Notes under the pieces: model-generated
What the model was told of the DNA's origin: nothing
Seen by the model: only the letters and a program-made list of their open reading frames with translations
Database searches by the model: none
Source of the DNA: Perna viridis
Lineage: Eukaryota
Reading direction: 5' to 3'
Length of the DNA stretch: 64,000 bases
Assembly (NCBI GenBank): GCA_037379345.1
Contig: CM074511.1
Coordinates: forward strand, 59,898,862-59,962,861
Made by a program: the position numbers and the translations under genes
Shown: piece after piece, positions 56,780-64,000 of the stretch
Layout: each line of letters begins with the position of its first letter
Position numbering within the stretch: position 1 is the first letter of the stretch

Positions 56780-57100
56780 TCTCAGTTACTAAGTCCACTA
56801 ACTGATCTTGTCAAAATATTTTCACATGTTCACTGAACAAATCACTCACATGTGCACGCTTACATCACAGAAAAATGGTCAGCCCCTTTTACACTTGTTA
56901 ATTTTAAATGAAAGTTTTCCAAACGAATCCAATTCGATAATTAGAATTAATATTAATTCCAAACTAAACAATAAATCCACCTGATAAAATTAGCAAGCCC
57001 TTCCAGGAGACTTTTCGACAAACGATAGAACAAGTCAAGATAATTTTAAACGCTCATGAATATCGGTCCCGCCCCTTATTGTAACGTCATTGAGGGATGA
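56780..57100 (-). promoter_or_regulatory. Proximal promoter and 5' leader of the short prickle isoform
   Basis: Local CpG enrichment; GC box GGGGCGGG at 57068-57075 and CRE-like TGACGTTA at 57082-57089; Inr-like TCAGTT at 56800-56805. TSS not determinable from sequence. Confidence 0.5.
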
Positions 57101-57599
57101 GATTTCCAGCTGTTGAGAACTATCGAATTTCATTGATTAATCTCTGATCGCATGTCTTCTGGTACTAATTACATAAATCCGATTACAATTCTTAATGAAA
57201 TCTTGAGTTTAAGTAATAATGAAATTTTATTTTAAATTTTTGTTTTAAAATAATATACTTTACAAGTTTAGCAGGAACTAAAGGCAATATAAAGCTTATA
57301 TGTATAAGAATTCACGTTCGAGAATTATTTAAGATATAGATAATAGAGTATTTCACTGCTATACACAGTGACTATATTACTTTCCCTGCTGCTTTAGGGG
57401 CATATATATTGTGACCAATTAAAAAAATATATATATAAAGTGATACCAAGATGTTAGATATAGACTCTTAAACTATAAAGATCCTTGGTAACATGTACAG
57501 TCATTTTTTAAATCGGGTATAAAAAAAATTTGCACCGCATACCGTGATCCCATTAGAAACGGAGTAAAAAAATAGAGGTAGAATTTTTGATAAATCAAG

Positions 57600-57665
57600 A
57601 TTTCATGCAAAAAAATCCAAATTTTAGGGAGGGCGCCGGATGTGCCCCGCCTGAATCCGCGTTTG
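57600..57665. mobile_element. GC-rich MITE end fragment
   Basis: gggagggcgccggatgtgccccgcctgaatccgcg resembles the ggatccgcccctg-type termini of common invertebrate MITEs; other end not found. Confidence 0.3.
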
Positions 57666-57995
57666 CACTTATAAGATTTATACTATAAAAGAACACACAC
57701 TAGCAATTTAAGGGACTTGGAGACATCCAAATTAGAAAAGTCGTTAAGCGGATTTGTCATATCATTTCATCCAAATTCGTAAACTTCGCATTTTCTAAAT
57801 CATTAGCTACTATCCTTACCAAGGTGTGCAGAGTTACCTCCCTTATCCCGATATACAATCATTATATACTCGCAAAAATCACTATCTACAGATTCATACA
57901 GGTTGATCTATCGTTGAGTGTTTACTAAAACTATAGTTTATCAAATTGAAGTTCATATATTATCCAGTGAAATAGAAAAATCTACTAATGTGTCT

Positions 57996-58063
57996 AATTT
58001 GTAATATTAGAAAATGAATTTGTAATATTAAAAAATCATTTTTTAATATTAGAAAACGCTCAT
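57996..58063. repeat. Minisatellite, 3 x 21 bp
   Basis: aatttgtaatattagaaaatg / aatttgtaatattaaaaaatc / attttttaatattagaaaacg. Confidence 0.8.
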
Positions 58064-59845
58064 TTTGTCCACTTTGGCTTGTCATAAAATATGTTATGAT
58101 TAGTAATAATAAAGAATTGAATGAATGTACATGAAACCATGTTTAAAAATATATTAAAATTTCCGTTTTCAATAAGTATATTCCAATTACATTTGACTTT
58201 TTATAACATTTTTGTGTTTTGAGAACATATTCTTCTTCAGTATTTTCATCATAACTTTCTTATTACTTATTTTTTTAAAAACTTATTCAAATTTTTAAAT
58301 AATTTCTTTCTTTCTTTTTTTTTGGTTTTTGTGTGTGTGTGTGTGGTATGTGTAAATGAAATGTAGAGTATTTAAGTTCAAAGTTTATCCTGTAGAAAGT
58401 CTGGGAAAGAAGTGTTATTGTTGTACATTATGTATACTTTCAGTTAGAAGTGACCAGTTCCCTGTATTATTAAGTCCCTACTACAAGTCTCTGTAATGTA
58501 TGTTTCTCTTAAATAAAATTATTGATGTCAATACTTATTCAATCTAATTAAAATTAAATCTTTAATTACGCTTCCTTCCATAAAAGCTTGACTTGGCACA
58601 TGTCAGATCGTGTATTTTAGAGCTGCATTAGCTGTCATTTCGTAAATTTTGTTTCTGTTGAAATATGCTTTAACTTTGAACTACTTCTACTAAATTGTAC
58701 TTTTCCTGAATAAATTCACTTGATATCCACAAATAAAATGCATTAAATACATGAAATAGTTGTCTATATATTTATTGTCTTAATTGCGAGACAAAAAAGA
58801 AATCGACCGAAACGAATTGGTATGCATGGGACTTCTGGTAACCTTAATCCGCGCATGTGCTGTAAAGGTCACTCCTTTTAAAAACAAATTTGTTTGCAAA
58901 GTGAAAGTGGTTAATCAACGGCATGGAAGACCGACGGGCTCAGGCCGTAAAAGAAAAAAAAAATGCGAATAGAACGGTAGGATCCTTTTGAAATTAATTT
59001 ACGTAATGTGATATAATGTGGCACAAATATGGTATTTTTTAACGAAGTGATTGTCCTGTCGGGAATCTTCGGAAGTAATGGCGATAAATAATTAGATCAG
59101 AGCTATCGGTCTTCTCTGATAAAAAATAACATTGTTTTCACAATATTCTGTTGGTATTATCGCAAATTGCTTCAATTGCATTACTAAAAACTTATTTCAT
59201 TGAATCAGCAAATTTCAGTAGAATCAGAACTGAACAAATTTGGCAGCTATTGCAGCTTTAATCAGATTGATACTCATTTACTATCCATCAGCAGTACAGT
59301 ATAGCAGATGGATCGACTTGAAGGAAGACAAAATGGATTGATTATTCAAGAATTGCAGCGTTGAACATCTTGCTTTAAATTTAAACACACCATACGACTG
59401 CTTGTGATATTATATACAATGTAGATTTATTGAATACTGTGGCATGCATTTTATTTTGTATATTTTTCACTTGCACTTGCATGTATAGAGAAAAATTGTA
59501 ACGGAGAATGTGTTACAAAAATAGAACCCTGTCAGACTGTGAAAAAAAAACCAAAGGCAGTCAATGGATGAGAACATATGCTCGGAGTCTGCCTTTATGA
59601 ATTGACTGACACACTTATATTATTAGCGGAATTGGCATCTGTATTCTTAAGCATTCAAAATCACACTTTCCTGATTTGGAACTGGTGCTATCTTTTATTC
59701 AGATAAATGACACATATATAATTAAGAATACTGAGAATTATGATAAAACACGTGTACAACAAGTAAAATATATCTAGTTATTATTAGGAGGTGCACTAGA
59801 AAATTTCATTTAACGTTATCACCCCGAAGAGAATTTTGTGTTACT

Positions 59846-60088
59846 GAGTAATCAAGGGAACCAAGGTTATAGCGGTAATCAAAAGAATGTAATCCAGGGA
59901 CAAAGACAAGACATGGAAAACAGACATTCACAACAAAGAACATAAAGTAACTAAAATCATACATACAAAGTAACAAAAGTAAATGAGCAACTCGGACTCC
60001 ACTGAAAACTGGGAGCATGGATCAGGTACACCGCTGTGGTAAGCGTCCTCTGCTTTTCTAGAAACACCCGCCGAGTTGCTCATAAAAA
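59846..60088 (-). mobile_element. ~245-bp interspersed repeat, copy 2
   Basis: Aligns along its length with 18768-19010 with about ten substitutions. Confidence 0.8.
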
Positions 60089-60307
60089 TGATACGGATAA
60101 ATTTGCACAAATTACTGAGATCAGAAAGATGTTGACTGCTCATTATAAATTACAAAATTTCATGATATTTGGTCTATTCTAAACTTAGTATCAAGGAACA
60201 AATTTCTTTTATCTATAGAGGCTGAACGTGTAAATAAATAGTGATATTTATCCCCTAAATCGTTTTCTGCACATTAAAGACACTTTCTGTCTTCCCTGGG
60301 TATGTTT

Positions 60308-60466
60308 TGGAGTCCGAGTTGCTCGTTTGCTTTTGTTAGTTTGTACGTATGATTTAAGTTACTTTATGTTCTTTGTTGTGTATGTCTGTTTTCCATGTCT
60401 GGTCTTTGTCCCTGGATTACATTCTTTTGATTACCGCTATAACCTTGGTTCCCTTGATTACTCTTT
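60308..60466 (+). mobile_element. Truncated inverted copy 3 of the same repeat
   Basis: Reverse complement of 59846-60002; shares the ...cccttgattactc end and lacks most of the structured core. Confidence 0.8.
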
Positions 60467-61037
60467 GTCATCTGCCAGTCTCTATGGGAAGTTTGTGATT
60501 CATGTTCCTAAATATCTTAATAAAGTTTTTATATTTCTATTATCCAAAACATTGAAATAATAATCTAGTTCATTTTTTTCCTTTATAGATCTGTAATTTT
60601 GAGATTTTGACGAAGTTTGAATATTAGAATGCCAATGCTGTTTGACTGAATAGTATGTCCATTCAACATTAAAATATTATGGAAGAAATACATACCAATA
60701 ACCACATTTATTAAGAACAGTTTTTGACAAAGTTAAACCACGTAGTGTTACCAGTGTATTACTTATACAGAACTGCAGGAGTCTTGTGTTGTTTGCCGGT
60801 GATTAAATTTGCCCAATATTTTATAATTCTCAAATGGTGTCTCCCTTATTCACCATAAATCATAAAATCATGTGTAAATTTCTTTGCATTCAGAAGAATT
60901 TTGCTAACTTATATGCGACTTATAAATATCATACATATATGTAACTACTTTAGTTACTCAGGCGTTCGAGAAAAGGACAAATCGGTCAATATTCAATGGA
61001 TACTAAGTCGTATTTGCAGGGATACCTATCTACTTAC

Positions 61038-61823
61038 CCTCTCTTCACCTTCGAGCGACATAGGTATAATGTCCTCCATACTCGTTTTTAACATGTCAAT
61101 CTGTTGTTGGTTTTCATATATTGGCTCTGATTTTAAACTGGGAACTTTCCTTTTTACGTATAAGCGATAGGTTTCGTCCGGTACTAAACCTTTTGTGATG
61201 GTTCCTATCTTCTTAGGATTCCAGTTTACTGGTTCTTGACATCTTTCGTTACCAGTATAAAACAAACAAGGCGATGTATTACAGATCTTATCCAAGTTGT
61301 CAATGCTATTTCCAATTTTCCGGGCAGAATTTAAATCTTCAGAATAAAATAGAATTTCTGTTCTTTCTTTGGCGATTTCGTCATTGTTGTTTTCAAAGAA
61401 AGATGTCATACTTTTTCTTCTTCTTGTTCTAGCGTTAAGCTTGCTACTCGATTTATCGTCCTTCCCTTTTCCAATGCTCAGTTGTATTTTATTGGGACTA
61501 AGCTGTGCATGAGTTTCTGAGCTAGCTTTGTCACTATCGGAATTGCGGTTAAAATTTGCAGACTTGGTTTTCTGACTGCGTTTTTGTAATTCCTTTAGTT
61601 TGAATTTTCTCAAAGTCTGACGGAATCTTTGTTTTCTATTCATTGAATTCATTACCTTAGCTTCCTCAGAATGATGTGATAAATCGTTAATGTCATCTGG
61701 TTTTGAATTTTCAACCGAATCCAGATACATATTGATTCTATGAAGAAATGGTAAATCCGAACCCGTGCCGAAAAATGGCATCTGATGTGAGCATAAAGAA
61801 GTAATACCTGTTACGTCAACCAT
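61038..61823 (-). CDS. prickle: Putative alternative (long) first coding exon of prickle, 262 codons, low-complexity basic N-terminal extension
   Basis: 798-nt ORF, far longer than background ORFs here. ATG in strong context (acaaaATGG). Codon 262 (AGG) is followed by GTAAGT, a phase-0 donor three codons before the stop, and the nearest recognised downstream minus-strand acceptor (prickle exon 2 at 56436) is phase 0. Coding status is fairly well supported; linkage to prickle is inference. Confidence 0.65.
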
Positions 61824-64000
61824 TTTGTTTATGATTGCAGCTCACTCTTACTCAGTTACGGAATGAGAATCGATGAGTGAGATTGTAAAGTTTTTCCATT
61901 AATCGATTTTTGAAAAACATGTTCCATTAAAAAGTATCCTTAATATAAGATCAATATTTAACCGTATTGGTTGCTTTGATCACGCTAAATAGAAAGTTAC
62001 TAACTTCCTGGGAGAAATATCAGGAAGCTTGATGGACCAGTATGATACTAGCAATTAAAAACACCCGACAATAAACCGATGTAATTAAAGAAAAATATTG
62101 TCTTTGCATCAGAATCCAGAAGGAAATCTGGGAAATAGTTTTAGATGAAAATAATATTACATAATTGCCGAAAATGATCCAAATGCAACCACTTTCCACA
62201 CAGCGAAATGGTTAATTACTAATATTTGAAATGCTAGAACAATATTCTTAATTCATCAATCTGGTAGAAGAGCGTTAAAACACACCGTATTTCACCATGG
62301 CGTTTGCACATGCAACAAGCCGCAAATAATTCATATACCACAAAACCGGATCAAGGTAATCCACCTTACTTAGAGATTAATCCATTTAGAGAAGCCAGTT
62401 GGTGGGTTTTTGATACCAAAACTTGGATTATCAACAATATAATTAAAATTTGTCCTATCAATTATTTCATCCAGTCATTCCAGGTAGGAAAGTAGAATGG
62501 AGTGTTGTTATATCCAACATGCAGTGACTGAATGGAATAATTGATAGTCCTAATTTTAATCAGATTGGACTATCAACTTGTTAGAGGTAAAAATTTTAGA
62601 CCTGAAATAGTAAGACCCTGACCACAACAACTATGGTTACACTTCAGAGCAGTGCTATAATTTCTGAGTTTTGTTAATCGCTGTCTGGTTGAAAAGTACT
62701 TCCATGATTCTTTAGTTAAACCAGTAAATATCTTGCAAACTACAAAGTTTGATGAGATAAGAGCACTAAGTTTTTAAGACGGACCTAGTTGTCAAATTCA
62801 AAGGCCTTAAAAATCGAGAACCTGTCAGTTTTACGGCAGATTCAGAAAAGAGAAAAAAAACCACATAGGAAATATTAGACTTACACGTGATACATTACAG
62901 AAAATGTTTGTAGTATATAACATAGAAAAGCAAACAGTATTAGCTGTCACGTGTCCATCCATTATGAAAGCGATTTCCCGTGCTTTACTACCAAGGGTTA
63001 CTGTTTCCATCATTGGCTGTGTCAAATCAAATAAAATAGTGAATACAGAAATTTAACATCTGACTTGCTCAATGTACCTTCAATGACATAATTCCATTCA
63101 ATTAAGCAGTGTTAGATACTATTCACGTCTTCTGTTCCATATTAGGTTTGTGAGAAACAAAGCTTGTATGTGTACAATGAGCTGATATTCGCCATTCTTA
63201 CGAGTTCGAATTAATTTTTTTTCATGGCCGAATTTTTTTTCTATATCGATCGGATGTCGAACAGTTGAAGAAGTCTAAGTATGGTATGAATTAGTCTAAG
63301 AGCACTAGTACCATCATTTCCCTTTGTTCACCAGTATTGTACAAGATATTGCTGCATTAACTTTTATTACAGCAGTCTTTTACTTCATTCTTACTTGTAT
63401 AAGAACTAGATTTATACTGTTACGAACTAAACACCGGAAGCCCAAGTTGACGTGTTGTCGTAGTATACATAATTGTATTTTCATTCACATTTTTTATTTT
63501 TATCTGTACCAATAGTGTGATATCCATGCCAACATGCTCTGATTTTCGGTTTCACATAAGGTACACCATGGTGCTTTTTATGTTCGTGTGTGCATTACCA
63601 TAGTGCATGGGTAGTTGTGGTTTAAAGATACGGATAATCCAGACTTAATCGTATAATCTTTCAAATCCAATTAAGTTTGTATCAATTTTGATCTTAATTT
63701 CCGTCATAAAGGGATTTAAAATTCCTGATGGTCTTATGTTTCATTTTCATTTTAATTAAATTTTCAGTAAATCTGATCAGTTTTCGTGGGAATTGGCTTC
63801 GAGTAGGCGCCTTTTCTGGGGACAAAGATAGATAACTCCGATTTGAATAAAGAGTATTTTTTAGCGAATGAGCCATTGAAACATTTTATTATGAAAATTG
63901 GAAGACATTGGAAAATACAGGTAGATATATATATATATTATAGATACATTGTTTTGAGCGCTTCTGGGAAAGATTGCGAATGAAATCTGGAAGTAATGAT

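Noticed and set aside
56879-56990. Acceptor-like site at 56981 that could join the long exon to the short first exon
   Set aside because: The phase-0 frame hits TGA after 33 codons
61026-61823. 265-aa ORF as a stand-alone single-exon gene
   Set aside because: Not excluded, but a consensus phase-0 donor three codons before the stop and a compatible prickle acceptor downstream make a first exon more parsimonious
1-64000. CRISPR arrays, operons, tRNA or rRNA genes, autonomous transposon ORFs
   Set aside because: None seen; the tandem repeats lack unique spacers and the sequence is intron-rich animal DNA

Overview
AT-rich animal genomic DNA, not prokaryotic. The gene content and repeat types suggest a bivalve mollusc, probably Mytilus-like (inference). 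The window is dominated by one minus-strand gene, the planar-cell-polarity gene prickle, which I could splice completely by hand: exons 56705-56779, 56348-56436, 29544-29724, 11533-11784, 10290-10493 and 7816-9183. All introns are GT-AG with matching phases, giving 2169 nt and 722 aa: a testin/PRICKLE3-type Cys-rich domain, a PET domain, three LIM domains and a C-terminal CSTCSSSS region ending in CAAX (CVIS). The main finding concerns the apparently orphan 265-aa ORF at 61026-61823. It ends in a consensus phase-0 donor (AGG|GTAAGT) that joins in frame to prickle exon 2, so it is probably an alternative long first exon. That would give a ~959-aa isoform alongside the 722-aa one, reminiscent of Drosophila pk versus sple. 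Other candidates are three start-stop (AUG-stop) elements in the short isoform's leader, a 12-nt in-frame microexon in intron 2, a possible internal promoter at exon 3, a Pumilio-site-rich 3' UTR, ~55-nt hairpin retroposons with target-site duplications and a shared 5' end, inverted repeat pairs in introns, and a sharp CpG/TACATGTA compositional boundary near 56.5 kb. Most other ORFs in the track are chance ORFs.
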